Positions 1 through 9,507 are shown, counted from the first letter of the stretch. The stretch: DNA of 64,000 bases from an uncultured Candidatus Saccharibacteria bacterium (GCA_964637575.1 CAZWVU010000002.1:82824-146823), one strand, 5' to 3'. Notes: a model not told the origin generated them from the sequence alone. Numbers and translations are program-made.

Positions 1-363
1 AAGCCGGTCTGGCAGTCCGATTCCGGCTGCGCCAACCGCACCATTGCCGATGTATCGGCAGTCGCCGATCCGAACACGGGTGCCGCGGTCTATGACAGCG
101 TGCGCTATCAGGGCAAGAAAGGCTGGTTCAAAGTGGGCGGCACAAGTTTGTCATCACCGCTGATCGCGGGTATGTACGCGCTCGCAGGCGGACTTTCCTC
201 CGGCGTCTATGGCGCTTCGCTTCCGTACGGCAACGCGGCCGCCTTGCACGATGTTCTCTCTGGCAGCAACGGCTCCTGCGGCGGCACATACCTCTGCACC
301 TCGCTCTCCGGCTATGACGGCCCGACTGGTATGGGCACGCCAAACGGCCTTTCCGCTTTTTAA
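1..363 (+). CDS. Subtilisin-like serine peptidase (S8 family), C-terminal fragment; 5' end lies outside the window
   Basis: Translation contains GTSLSSPLIAGMYAL, which matches the catalytic-Ser motif GTSMASPHVAG of S8 peptidases. The frame is open to the window edge. Confidence 0.6.
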   Translation, partial: KPVWQSDSGCANRTIADVSAVADPNTGAAVYDSVRYQGKKGWFKVGGTSLSSPLIAGMYALAGGLSSGVYGASLPYGNAAALHDVLSGSNGSCGGTYLCTSLSGYDGPTGMGTPNGLSAF

Positions 364-498
364 AACAACTCCACCCCACTGGTGAAAGTAGGGTGGTAGA
401 CAGCTAGTATTTTTGGGAACGTCCCGCAGGACGATGTGGCTGGCTCTGGCGCATGGTTGCGCCAGAGCCATGGTGCCTTGCACATCGTCCGAGGGTGA

Positions 499-531
499 AG
501 AAAAATCGGCCGCTGGAGCCGATTTATTCTG
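499..531. terminator. Bidirectional intrinsic terminator between convergent genes
   Basis: Hairpin AATCGGCCGCTGGAGCCGATT is flanked by an A-run upstream and a T-run downstream, so it can terminate on either strand. Confidence 0.5.
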
Positions 532-562
532 TTTCCCGAAAAAACTAGCTGTCTGCGCCGAA

Positions 563-937
563 CTATATTTTCAAAACGTCCCTTACTTTTGCCACAATAT
601 CCTCCAGCTTCACTTCAGCTTTCATTAAGTAATACGCCGGCTCGTCTTTGGCGACGCCCTTCATAATCTTGTCGTCCATATTCAGGTTGGTGAGAATGAT
701 AATCGGCACCTTCCTGCCCCATTCATCCTGCCGCAGCTTGCTCATCGCCGTCATACCGTCCATTTTCGGCATAATCAGGTCCAGCAGAATGAGGTCGGGT
801 TTCTTTTTCAGCGCCATCGCCAGCGCCTCCTCTCCGTTTTTTGTTTCCATAACTTTAAAACCCTCCTTCGAGAATTTTTTGGAAAGCGCCATCAGCATCG
901 GCGCCTCGTCTTCGGCAATTAATATTGTTTTGGCCAT
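563..937 (-). CDS. Single-domain response regulator (CheY-like receiver)
   Basis: 124 aa. It has the receiver signature: an acidic pocket (IAEDE), a phospho-acceptor Asp context (LILLDLIMP) and a conserved Lys. There is no output domain. Confidence 0.85.
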   Translation of the reverse strand: MAKTILIAEDEAPMLMALSKKFSKEGFKVMETKNGEEALAMALKKKPDLILLDLIMPKMDGMTAMSKLRQDEWGRKVPIIILTNLNMDDKIMKGVAKDEPAYYLMKAEVKLEDIVAKVRDVLKI

Positions 938-1335
938 CAGGATTTTATAAATGTTTTAATGTCCTGAATCATCTGATCCAGGCGATAGTCCGATTTCGTG
1001 TAATATTTATCAACGCCAAGCCGGAGATAGGCATCCACTTTTTCCGGGCTGGCGGTGTTGGATACCACAAACACCGGAACTTTGCGCCATTTGGACTTCG
1101 CTCCCTTCAGCTTCACCACGAAATCCAATCCGGTCTCCCGTCCGAGCAGATAATGGTCGAGCCAGATCACGTCCACCCGCTTTACATCTTCCAGGTAACC
1201 CAGCGCCTGCTTGGCAGTCCGCGCAGTAATCACGTCAAAACCGTTCAGTTCCATCTTCTGCTTGACCGCTTCCAACAGCGGACGTTCATCCTCGATTACC
1301 AGCGCCACCGGATTTTCTTTCACCATTTTTGCCAT
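937..1335 (-). CDS. Single-domain response regulator (CheY-like receiver)
   Basis: 132 aa receiver domain (VIEDE ... VIWLD). Its stop overlaps the downstream receiver's start by 1 nt, which suggests translational coupling. Confidence 0.8.
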   Translation of the reverse strand: MAKMVKENPVALVIEDERPLLEAVKQKMELNGFDVITARTAKQALGYLEDVKRVDVIWLDHYLLGRETGLDFVVKLKGAKSKWRKVPVFVVSNTASPEKVDAYLRLGVDKYYTKSDYRLDQMIQDIKTFIKS

Positions 1336-1391
1336 AGGTTTTATTATACCAAACCGGGCAGTGAAAACTCGAGTTTCTCCTGCCCGGCACG

Positions 1392-2783
1392 TTAACTCAA
1401 ATGCTTCGTGCCTTCTTTCTCTTTCATTCCTTTAAGAGGAATGCTGACATGGAACTTGGTTCCCTTGTTTTCCTCGGATTCGAACCAGACTTTCCCCCCG
1501 GCGCTTTCCACCACTGCCTTCACAAGATACAAACCGAGCCCGGTGCCGGCGGTTTCTTTTTCCCGGACGTTGTCGGCCCGGAATAATTTCGTGAAAATTT
1601 TGGACTGCTGGTCGCTGGGGATGCCGTAGCCGTTGTCCGCCACCGTGATGAGGGCGTCGGGATTTCCTTTCGTAATCTCCAGGCTGACACTTCCTTTCGG
1701 CGGAGTGTATTTTACCGCGTTCGAGAGAAGATTCTGGAAAATAATCCGAAGCAGTTTCGCGTCGGCCGGGATCGCCGGCAGTTTGTCGTAATGCTTCTCA
1801 AAATGAATCAGGCGTTCTTTCATCTGCGGCTTCAGTTCGTCGATCACCGAATCCGCCACTTCCGTAAAACTGGTCGGCGCGAGATCAATTACGAAGGTGC
1901 CTAGGTCAAGGCGGGACACGTTCAGAAGCGCATTGACGAGCTCGATCATCCGCTGGTTGCCGCGATAAATTTCCTGCAAATAATGCTTCTGCTCTTCCTT
2001 AAGTTTACCCGCATCGCCGTTAAGGAGCATTTCCGCATACCAGCTGATAGTGGAGAGCGGGGTGCGCAACTGGTGCGACGCCAGCGATACGAACTCCGTC
2101 TTCGCCCGGTCCACGTCCTTTTCCAGCGTGACATCGCGGAAGACATCGATCACGCCGACGGTCCTGTCTTGTATGACGATCGGGCTGGCGGTACTGGCCA
2201 CCGGAAACGTCCGGCCGTTTTTCCGCACATAGCTTACTCCGGCGGTACTGCTGGTGTAGAGTTTTTTCCCGCTCTCCCGCGCCTTCTGGAAAAGCCGCGC
2301 CTGTTTCGGAATCAGTTTTCCATTCTCGTCAACCGCCGGCAAAACCTCGTCCCAGGCCTTTCCCTTCGCGTCGGCAAACTGCCACCCAAGCAGACGCTCC
2401 GCCTCCCGGTTCATCACGATAATCCTGCCCTCCTCGTCGGTCGCGATCACGCCGTCGCCGATGCTCACCAGCAGCGCCTCGTCCCTGATTTTTTCCTCCT
2501 GCAGCTGCTTGTTGATCGCGGTCAGCTCCGTGGAACTTATCTCCAGCGAACGCTCCACGAGCGCCCGGTCCTCATCGGCGTGCTGATACGTCTCGCTGAC
2601 TGCTGACAAAAAAGCCTCCCACTCTTTGGGAATAGGCCGGTCTCCGAAATATTTTTTCAGCTGACGCTCAAGAACTTTATGCACGGAATGTTCACGTATC
2701 GGGCTTATGCTTCGCGAAATGTAGTGATCGTCATCGTCTGGTTGTGTAACTGGCACTGCTTCTCGGTCGGCGCCGTCGGGCAA
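1392..2783 (-). CDS. Sensor histidine kinase with PAS domain
   Basis: PAS segment (GDGVIATDEEGRIIVMNREAERLLGW), H-box HQLRTPLSTISWYAEML and HATPase_c motifs (DNGYGIP, GTGLGLYLVK). The true start probably lies downstream of the annotated Met, because the 5' end overlaps the FIST gene by 79 nt. Confidence 0.88.
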   Translation of the reverse strand: MPDGADREAVPVTQPDDDDHYISRSISPIREHSVHKVLERQLKKYFGDRPIPKEWEAFLSAVSETYQHADEDRALVERSLEISSTELTAINKQLQEEKIRDEALLVSIGDGVIATDEEGRIIVMNREAERLLGWQFADAKGKAWDEVLPAVDENGKLIPKQARLFQKARESGKKLYTSSTAGVSYVRKNGRTFPVASTASPIVIQDRTVGVIDVFRDVTLEKDVDRAKTEFVSLASHQLRTPLSTISWYAEMLLNGDAGKLKEEQKHYLQEIYRGNQRMIELVNALLNVSRLDLGTFVIDLAPTSFTEVADSVIDELKPQMKERLIHFEKHYDKLPAIPADAKLLRIIFQNLLSNAVKYTPPKGSVSLEITKGNPDALITVADNGYGIPSDQQSKIFTKLFRADNVREKETAGTGLGLYLVKAVVESAGGKVWFESEENKGTKFHVSIPLKGMKEKEGTKHLS

Positions 2784-3856
2784 AGCTCGCCATACGAATA
2801 AAACCCGATGATCGCCGCCTGTTTTCCGATGGTGGAATGGACCGCCTCGATTTCTTCTTCGATTCTTTCTTTCAATACAAGCTTGCGGCCGATGCAGCTG
2901 ATCAAAATCGCTAGCTCCGGCTTGGATTTTCCGAGCGGCTCCACGCTCATGCTGGCCGCGCCGGACGCGCCGTCGATCAGGCGGTCGAAATTCGCCTTCA
3001 TCAGCTTCGCAGAAACGCCCACCGGCATATCACCGGCAAAGGTCATGCTCTGGTCCTTTTCATCCACCCCCAGCAGCGTGCGCACCACCTCCACCTCTCC
3101 TCCTTTATCATTTTTGATTTTCAAACTCAACGGAAAGAGCAGGCCAGTGCCCGGCAATCCGGACGCCTTGTCGCCAAGATATTCCTTATACAATCCGAGC
3201 GCCGGTTTGCCGTCCAGCTCGTAAAGCACATTGTCTTTCGCTTTGGTGATCGTCCGATCGGGGCCGAACGCGTCCCAGCCGCCCAAGGATCCGTAGCCGA
3301 CTTTCAGATCATTCCCGTAAAAACCGATGAGCACGATCTTGCCTTCGGCCGGCTGGCTGTCGAGGCCGACGAGCGTCGTTTTGAACGCGGCCCCGTCGCC
3401 CACCAATCCGCCGGTCGCGGATACGCTTTTGGGCAGACTTTCGGCAAGACCGCGGACGAGCGCCGTCCCGTTCACCTTCAAACCGTCCGAAAACACCATG
3501 ACGTGCATCAGATCTTTTGCGGGAAGTTTCGCCGCGAGCTGTTTGCCCGCCTCAAAACTTTCCGGCCCGGAAGCGATGTCTCCGACTTGGAATTCCAGTT
3601 TCGTTTTTTCAAAATGAATCGCGGTAACGGAAATGGAATCGTCCAAAACCTCGTCGCCGATAATCTCGCCGGCGGTGCTGCACAATAGAATGTGCGATTT
3701 CGGATACATCTGCTTCATGCCCTTAAAGGTTTCCGGATTCTTGAGCATCGCCGTACTGCTCATGACGAGCACCAGCTGGGGAATCTCTTTTATTTTTTGC
3801 GTCACTTCGACCCAACCCTTACCTTTTGTCCACTTTTTTTGTTCAGTAATAATCAT
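2705..3856 (-). CDS. FIST-domain sensor protein
   Basis: 383 aa soluble protein ending in GFYSYGEL, which is typical of the FIST_C domain. It sits directly upstream of a histidine kinase, as FIST proteins usually do. Confidence 0.6.
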   Translation of the reverse strand: MIITEQKKWTKGKGWVEVTQKIKEIPQLVLVMSSTAMLKNPETFKGMKQMYPKSHILLCSTAGEIIGDEVLDDSISVTAIHFEKTKLEFQVGDIASGPESFEAGKQLAAKLPAKDLMHVMVFSDGLKVNGTALVRGLAESLPKSVSATGGLVGDGAAFKTTLVGLDSQPAEGKIVLIGFYGNDLKVGYGSLGGWDAFGPDRTITKAKDNVLYELDGKPALGLYKEYLGDKASGLPGTGLLFPLSLKIKNDKGGEVEVVRTLLGVDEKDQSMTFAGDMPVGVSAKLMKANFDRLIDGASGAASMSVEPLGKSKPELAILISCIGRKLVLKERIEEEIEAVHSTIGKQAAIIGFYSYGELCPTAPTEKQCQLHNQTMTITTFREA

Positions 3857-3873
3857 GACTTTTAGTATATCAT

Positions 3874-6798
3874 TTACCGCACATTCACAAGAAATTTCGT
3901 CGTAATAACCTTTCCGGCGCGGCTGAATTGGCCGAATATATAGTAATTTCCTGATGCCGGAAAGAAGAAGTTGCCCGCTTCGATATCCGGCCCAAAGGCG
4001 TTGGGCAGGAAAAGATGCGACTGGTGGACGCTCTCACCGAGAAGCTGGTTCAGGAATGACAGCGGCAGAAGCCCATGGATATGGCGGAAGTTGGAAAGGT
4101 CGTCGCGGACAATGCTGATGTGCATCGGGACGGCAAGATACGGGTTGAGATCAGTAACCGGCTGGCCGTCCTTTTCAATATGGTAGGAAAGCGTCATGGG
4201 ATTACCGGGCTTCGGATTTTTCGGAGCCATGGCCAGCGTTACATCATACCCGTCAAAATTCCCCCTGGTATCAAAGGATTCCGTGGGGCCGCTCATCGCC
4301 GCCGGATTGCCGACGTTCACGTAAAACTGATCGGAGAAAAGCTGGGCGCGCTGCATGAAGTCGACGGAAATCATGTAGTAACCCGGTTTCGGGAACGTGT
4401 ACCTGACCGGGAATTCAGACCGGGCCAGCATGTCCGGCGTCACCGGCCCGGAATCTTCCGGGTGAATATGCGCGAAGACGCTGAAGTCTTTGCTGATGAT
4501 CACCACATGGATAATCCGGTCGTGATCCAGCGTCAGATCCCGGATCGGGCCGTTGGCAATGTTGTCGTGAAGCGTGAAGGTCAATGTCACCGGCATCCCC
4601 GGCATCAACGTTTTTGGATTGACCGCCATCCGGGCGTCAGTACGCGCCGGCCGGATGAAATACGCGAACTCGCGCGGGTCGGCAAAATGATACTGGCCAA
4701 GCCCGAGGCCGATCGTGCAGCCCGGCACCGCCACATCCGACGTCGCCTTCCCCGCCCGCTCCGGCACGCTCTCATGCCAGACATTCATCACATTCTGCTG
4801 TTCGCACTGTTTCTGGAACGCACTTTCCAGCACTCCGGAATGCGCGGCATGCGAACCACCTATGATGTGGAGCACCGCCCACACCCCCACCAGAGGGATC
4901 AGCCATGTTCCCCGCGCGTTGAAATCTATCAGAAGCGGCGCGGCTGCCGGCGCTGCGGCCAGGATGGTCCGGTTTCTCGCGCCGGCAACCCGGTACAGCC
5001 GGAAGGAAACCGCCGCGATGCCCGCCGCCACAAGAATATTCAAGATTTCAAACAATCCGAATCGCCGGTCTTCGGCATGCGCGGAACTGTCGTTGATTTC
5101 CTGCGGGTAATTGACGGTGAACGATGCCGCCGCGTCGTAGGCGCCGCCACGCTTCGCGACAAGATCAATTTTCCAGGTTCCCGCCGGGGAAAGAAGACTC
5201 ATCGGGAAAATATATCCGCCGATAAAGCGCCCGGTAACCGGAGCTATGATCGGGCCGATTCCTTGTTTCTGATTGGTAAGCGTCACCGCCAGATCGTTGA
5301 CCGCCGCCGCTCCGCCGGTTTTTTCATCCTGCAGCTCCACCAGAAATTCCCCGCGTTCATAAGGATGCTGGGTAAGCCGGAGGTCAACGCCCTGACTCAC
5401 CGCTTCCCGCTGGAAACTGAAATTCCGGTCCACTGGCGGCGTGGTGATGATCAGCAGGCCGGTCACGCAAAGAATAGTAAGCCCCATGACCACTTCAGAA
5501 GGCAGCGAGACGCCGAGCCAGAAGATCGCCTTCGCGAGTTTCGGCGTAGGCTGTTTTTGCAGATATCCGGCCGCCAGCGGCTCGAAATACAGCTGATGAA
5601 ATACCCGCAACGCCGCCAGCAGTCCCGCGAACACGCTCAGAATAATGAATGCCTTTCCCCAGTCGGTCGTGAGAAGATTCTGGAAACTCTTTAGATGAAG
5701 CCAGACGATGTACACGCCGGTCACCCCCGCCACGCCGAAGGAAACGCTGGCGATTTTTGAAAAGACCGACATCGCGTAGGCGGCGATCTTCAGATTTTGG
5801 AGCTTTCGCATCACCGGTGCGAGGATCAGCACGAACGCGGCGATCCCGCCGATCCAGATGTCTTTGAAAAAGAGATGAATGAAATTCATCAGGACAGAAA
5901 ACGCCGGCGCAAACGTGGACGCGGCGGCATGGCTGACGCGGGCGCGCGCGAGGGCGGTCAGCGCCAGGATAATCCAGAGCGTCCGTTCCGCCGCGCCGAC
6001 GGTTTCCCCCGCGGCTATTGTTTTTCCGAACATGAGAAAGATACAAAGAAACACGATCGCGCCGATCATCCGGTAGACAGTAAAAAGGCCCGAGACAGTG
6101 TTTACAAACGGAATGAAAACCGCCGAAAACGACGACTCCTGCAGTGTCGCGAGCTCGCTGGTCTTATAGATGAGATAGGAAACGCCTCCGGCAAGCGCCA
6201 GTATCAGTCCGATCACCGCGATCAGGCGGGCGCGCTTCCAGACTGCTTCCTCATGTCCCGAAAGTTCCACGGCGAAAAACTTTTTCCGCATCGGACGCCA
6301 GATGAATGCCAGGACGGCCAACGCGCCCAGCAGGAGTGCCTCGCCGACCAGCTCCAGCGCCACGGTTGCCGCCTCCGGCACACTGGAACTGTGGACGATC
6401 TGGAATTCGGCATTGGACGCGGCGGCCGGACTTTCGGCGCCGACGGAAAATACATACGCTCCCTTTGTGAAGTGGCCGTCATCGGCGGAGATCACCTGCC
6501 AGGAAACCGTGTACGTCCCCTTCCCGCCGTTCATCAGCGCCGCGCCGAAAAGCCGGGCATCATTCGGATTGACGCCGCCATTCCCGATATTCACTTTGGC
6601 GCCATCCGGCCCGAACACGCTGATACTGCTCACTCCCGGCTCGATCCGCTCGCTGAATTGAATACGCACACTGGCCGGCGCGGTGCCCAGCACTGACGAC
6701 GCCTCCGGCGTGTATTGCACCGGCGTCGCGTGCGCGAACGCCGCCGCGGGGAACGCCAGCGCGATTGCCACGCCGCACCATATGAAAATCTTGTTCAT
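3874..6798 (-). CDS. Copper transport protein, CopC-CopD fusion (YcnJ-like) with extra C-terminal periplasmic YtkA-like domains
   Basis: Signal peptide, then a CopC-like cupredoxin fold (HATPVQYTPEASSVL ... SWQVISADDGHFTKGAYVFSV). About 8 TM helices typical of CopD follow. Roughly 480 aa of C-terminal domains with HxH/Met-rich segments and one additional TM follow that. At 974 aa it is much longer than B. subtilis YcnJ (about 540 aa). Confidence 0.75.
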   Translation of the reverse strand: MNKIFIWCGVAIALAFPAAAFAHATPVQYTPEASSVLGTAPASVRIQFSERIEPGVSSISVFGPDGAKVNIGNGGVNPNDARLFGAALMNGGKGTYTVSWQVISADDGHFTKGAYVFSVGAESPAAASNAEFQIVHSSSVPEAATVALELVGEALLLGALAVLAFIWRPMRKKFFAVELSGHEEAVWKRARLIAVIGLILALAGGVSYLIYKTSELATLQESSFSAVFIPFVNTVSGLFTVYRMIGAIVFLCIFLMFGKTIAAGETVGAAERTLWIILALTALARARVSHAAASTFAPAFSVLMNFIHLFFKDIWIGGIAAFVLILAPVMRKLQNLKIAAYAMSVFSKIASVSFGVAGVTGVYIVWLHLKSFQNLLTTDWGKAFIILSVFAGLLAALRVFHQLYFEPLAAGYLQKQPTPKLAKAIFWLGVSLPSEVVMGLTILCVTGLLIITTPPVDRNFSFQREAVSQGVDLRLTQHPYERGEFLVELQDEKTGGAAAVNDLAVTLTNQKQGIGPIIAPVTGRFIGGYIFPMSLLSPAGTWKIDLVAKRGGAYDAAASFTVNYPQEINDSSAHAEDRRFGLFEILNILVAAGIAAVSFRLYRVAGARNRTILAAAPAAAPLLIDFNARGTWLIPLVGVWAVLHIIGGSHAAHSGVLESAFQKQCEQQNVMNVWHESVPERAGKATSDVAVPGCTIGLGLGQYHFADPREFAYFIRPARTDARMAVNPKTLMPGMPVTLTFTLHDNIANGPIRDLTLDHDRIIHVVIISKDFSVFAHIHPEDSGPVTPDMLARSEFPVRYTFPKPGYYMISVDFMQRAQLFSDQFYVNVGNPAAMSGPTESFDTRGNFDGYDVTLAMAPKNPKPGNPMTLSYHIEKDGQPVTDLNPYLAVPMHISIVRDDLSNFRHIHGLLPLSFLNQLLGESVHQSHLFLPNAFGPDIEAGNFFFPASGNYYIFGQFSRAGKVITTKFLVNVR

Positions 6799-7310
6799 TT
6801 CTTTTTCTTGAGATCCAGCATAACCCCGCCGGCGATCAAGCCGATCGCGGTCAGCGCGACCACCCCGAACAGGATGTACTTTCCCGCCCCCGTGCCGCCT
6901 CCTTTAATAGTAATCGGCATCACCGCTCCGGTAATCACCCGGTTCTGGTCGTCATAAAACGCGAGATCGAGATTGAAGGTGCCGCCTTCGGTGAAGGTAT
7001 AGACAAGAAGGGTTGGCCCGAAAAGCGAATAAGGAACCGTCTCTTGAAATGCGGTGTCACCGTTGCTTTTGATAAACTTCACGGCCACCGTCGCGAACGG
7101 GACGTATTCTCTCGTGTCACTCTTCAGGAGGTTAAAATCAAACTGGATCGGCGTCCCGGCCATCGGCACGCCGCTCTGATCCGTCCCGACGTCCACGATC
7201 AAGTTGCCGACCACCTTTTCCAGACGCTGGCCGCCAAGCCCGTTCGCGAACGCGAACGGCGCCAACGCAAGGGCGCACGCCGCGATCCCTATGGCCGCCG
7301 CGATTTTCAT
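6795..7310 (-). CDS. Membrane-anchored periplasmic protein (signal peptide + beta-rich domain + C-terminal TM/KKKK anchor), copper-operon member
   Basis: N-terminal signal peptide, and a C-terminal hydrophobic helix followed by KKKK. It overlaps the CopCD start by 4 nt, so it is probably co-translated with it. Confidence 0.5.
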   Translation of the reverse strand: MKIAAAIGIAACALALAPFAFANGLGGQRLEKVVGNLIVDVGTDQSGVPMAGTPIQFDFNLLKSDTREYVPFATVAVKFIKSNGDTAFQETVPYSLFGPTLLVYTFTEGGTFNLDLAFYDDQNRVITGAVMPITIKGGGTGAGKYILFGVVALTAIGLIAGGVMLDLKKKK

Positions 7311-7314
7311 CCGG

Positions 7315-8016
7315 TTATTTTCTCCGCCGCGCCGCCACGAGCGCCACTACCGCCAGCGCGAAGGCTCCGATCGCGAATGTCTTCGCCGTACCCGCGGATG
7401 ACGCGGAGGCCGATGCCGCCGCGTTCAGGTCGTAGGAAGAACGCTCCGGCTCCGGAAAACCATACTCATCGCTCGCCACCGGACAGCCAAACGCCCCGAC
7501 TTTATGCAGCCGCGTGACGCCAGCGGAAATTTTGGAAACCGTGGCATCCTCCGCGTCTTCGGACACCGACGAATCGCAGGTGAACTTCAAATCCACGGGT
7601 GTGTTATTGAGCGTGCCGAAAATCCGGTAACTATACGTCGTCGCCACGGTGGGAATGAAGATCGCAGTATACGCACCGGGCGCGTCTTCAGAAGGTTCCA
7701 GCGGCACTATTTTCGTTTTGTCGCCGGCGCCAAGCTCCACTTTGAGCGAGTCCGCGAGCCCGTTGACCGGAACGCCGCTTGTCGCACCCTGGCGAAAGAT
7801 CTGCGAGACGCGAAAGTCCACGCCGGACTGCCGGTCTACGATCGCCGGCTCCGCGAGCGATCCCACCGTCACAAGATACATTTTATTCCCGATCTGGAAG
7901 GTGTCATGTTCGTGCGCGAACGCTGCAAACGGCACTGCCAGACTCACCAACCCCGCCGCCGCGATGAACGGCAACGCGTATATTTTTTTCATGTGATTCA
8001 TTATATCTTGAAACAA
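7315..8016 (-). CDS. YcnI-like (DUF1775-type) candidate copper-binding protein, membrane anchored
   Basis: Signal peptide ending AFA|HEHD, so the predicted mature N-terminus is His. A Ser/Ala-rich linker and a C-terminal TM follow, matching YcnI architecture. It lies immediately upstream of the CopC-CopD gene, as in the ycnI-ycnJ arrangement. The start is ambiguous among three Met codons between 7992 and 8016. Confidence 0.4.
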   Translation of the reverse strand: MFQDIMNHMKKIYALPFIAAAGLVSLAVPFAAFAHEHDTFQIGNKMYLVTVGSLAEPAIVDRQSGVDFRVSQIFRQGATSGVPVNGLADSLKVELGAGDKTKIVPLEPSEDAPGAYTAIFIPTVATTYSYRIFGTLNNTPVDLKFTCDSSVSEDAEDATVSKISAGVTRLHKVGAFGCPVASDEYGFPEPERSSYDLNAAASASASSAGTAKTFAIGAFALAVVALVAARRRK

Positions 8017-8032
8017 TTAAAAATCCGAGCCT

Positions 8033-8275
8033 TTAGCCCGGTTTTTGAAACGACCGCTTCTCTTCCAGCGACTGGCGCAGCCGATCCAGATTGATCAGGT
8101 GTTTTTGCCAGGCCTTGCCGTGCGGATTTACCGTCTCGCCGCCACCGACACAGAAAAAGACTGCCTTGCATCGTTCGCACCCCATGAGATCCCCGTTGCC
8201 CGTCTTCCGGTCGCCCCACGCCACGAACACTAGCTGATACCCGCACTCGCTGCAGTAAATCATAGCGCTCTCCAA
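8033..8275 (-). CDS. Small zinc-ribbon protein (two CxxC pairs), heads the copper operon
   Basis: CSECGY ... CERCKA gives a 4-Cys zinc ribbon; the rest of the protein is a short basic tail. Confidence 0.4.
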   Translation of the reverse strand: MESAMIYCSECGYQLVFVAWGDRKTGNGDLMGCERCKAVFFCVGGGETVNPHGKAWQKHLINLDRLRQSLEEKRSFQKPG

Positions 8276-8317
8276 TTTGCTGGATTTATAGTAGCAAAAA
8301 TGGTTAAATATTCATAT

Positions 8318-8388
8318 TCCGAGGTCGTCTAATGGTAGGACAGCAGCCTTTGGAGCTGTGAATCGGGGTTCGATTCCCTGCCTCGGAA
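8318..8388 (+). tRNA. tRNA-Gln (anticodon TTG)
   Basis: Manual cloverleaf: acceptor TCCGAGG/CCTCGGA, anticodon stem GCAGC/GCTGT with loop CTTTGGA, T-arm GGGGTTCGATTCCC. CCA is not encoded. Confidence 0.85.
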
Positions 8389-8400
8389 CAAAAATAAAAT

Positions 8401-8430
8401 ACCCACGCTCATCGTGGGTATTTTATTTTT
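8401..8430 (+). terminator. Intrinsic terminator after tRNA-Gln
   Basis: Hairpin ACCCACG-CTCAT-CGTGGGT followed by ATTTTATTTTT. Confidence 0.6.
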
Positions 8431-8567
8431 CGTTACTTAGATAGTGGGAATCGAAGACCGCAGCGCCGGCCGCCAGCAGGCGGACAAGCGAGGGGCGGGC
8501 TGCGAGAAATTTCCTGCAGGAAATTTACTTGTAGCCGATTCCACCTGTTATTTGTTAAAATTCTCTG

Positions 8568-9122
8568 ATGCAAGAGCTGAACGAAGAACAAAAAAAGATG
8601 GCCACAAGGTCAATGATGTGCAATGCTGCAAAAAACTATGTCAGAAGTATGGAAATACTAGACGAGAACGCCCCGATTTCTGATTGGCACTTATCTTACT
8701 ACTTACTTGCCACTACAAGCCTTGAAGTATCTGCGAAGCTTTTCCTGTTCAATAAAGTTATGCCGGACTTTGAAAATCTTTCGGATATTGAAAAAAAGCT
8801 GAGATCTTTCGATCATGATTTATCCAAAATTTACTCCCCCGAAACAATTGATATAAAATTTCTTCATAAAGCCAAAATTTCTAAAGTAGTCAAAAAAGTA
8901 ACAACTGGGATTTTCCTATATGACTTCAAGCTAATAGAAGATGGGGCAGAGCCAATCCATGTTTATGATGCAGAATCAATTAAATATGGTTTGATGACGG
9001 ATAAAAAGAATTTGGGATTTGTAGGCTACCAACACAAAGAATTATTGAAATTATGCCAAAATGCATTAAATGCTACACTTAGTTTACTGATGGGTTCGAG
9101 CGGTGGTAGTCAGCAAAAATAA
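8568..9122 (+). CDS. Hypothetical all-helical protein in a low-GC islet (possible HEPN-like/Abi-like)
   Basis: The ORF is AT-rich, unlike the roughly 60% GC flanks. The translation is Lys/Glu-rich and helical, with an R-x3-H-D segment (RSFDHD). No confident family assignment. Confidence 0.4.
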   Translation: MQELNEEQKKMATRSMMCNAAKNYVRSMEILDENAPISDWHLSYYLLATTSLEVSAKLFLFNKVMPDFENLSDIEKKLRSFDHDLSKIYSPETIDIKFLHKAKISKVVKKVTTGIFLYDFKLIEDGAEPIHVYDAESIKYGLMTDKKNLGFVGYQHKELLKLCQNALNATLSLLMGSSGGSQQK

Positions 9123-9507
9123 GACGAAGGGCTGGCCAAAGTTGTGCATTGAATCCTTTACTAAAATGAATATATTTAAGGTCCCCACAAAAGAGGCACA
9201 GGATTTAAAGATTGCTTTAGAAAAATTAGGGGCGAGAGTTTTGGTAGAAGTTTTTGACGAACATAAACGAATCGATTTAACAATTCCGGCTGCAAAAATT
9301 AATATTGAAGTTGATGGAATCCACCATCTTACAGACGCCAATCAAATTGTTGCGGATTTAAACCGTAGTTATTATTCAAATAAACTTGGCTATAATACTA
9401 TACATATTCCTAATAAACTCATTCACACGGATTTGGAAGAAATTGCATCTGCGTTAGCCAAAGCTGCAAGAATTAGGGAAGAGCAATTAAACCAGAAAAG
9501 ACAATAA
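9103..9507 (+). CDS. DUF559 (Vsr-like endonuclease fold) domain protein
   Basis: LGARVLVEVFDEHKRIDLTIPAAKINIEVDGIHH ... LGYNTIHIPNKLI matches the DUF559 pattern, which has a D...(E/Q)VDG..H core and a C-terminal G..vlRf.n motif. The true start may be the internal Met at about 9163. The first 17 codons look like a duplicated remnant of the downstream gene's 3' end. Confidence 0.55.
   Translation: MVVSKNKTKGWPKLCIESFTKMNIFKVPTKEAQDLKIALEKLGARVLVEVFDEHKRIDLTIPAAKINIEVDGIHHLTDANQIVADLNRSYYSNKLGYNTIHIPNKLIHTDLEEIASALAKAARIREEQLNQKRQ

Noticed and set aside
4075-5694. 539-aa ORF on the plus strand inside the CopC-CopD gene
   Set aside because: Antisense of a well-supported membrane-transporter gene. 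The translation is Arg/His-rich with no motifs.
8276-8567. Possible CRISPR array or integrase near tRNA-Gln
   Set aside because: No direct repeats with regular spacing and no integrase ORF were found. Only a terminator and a single 20-nt palindrome are present.
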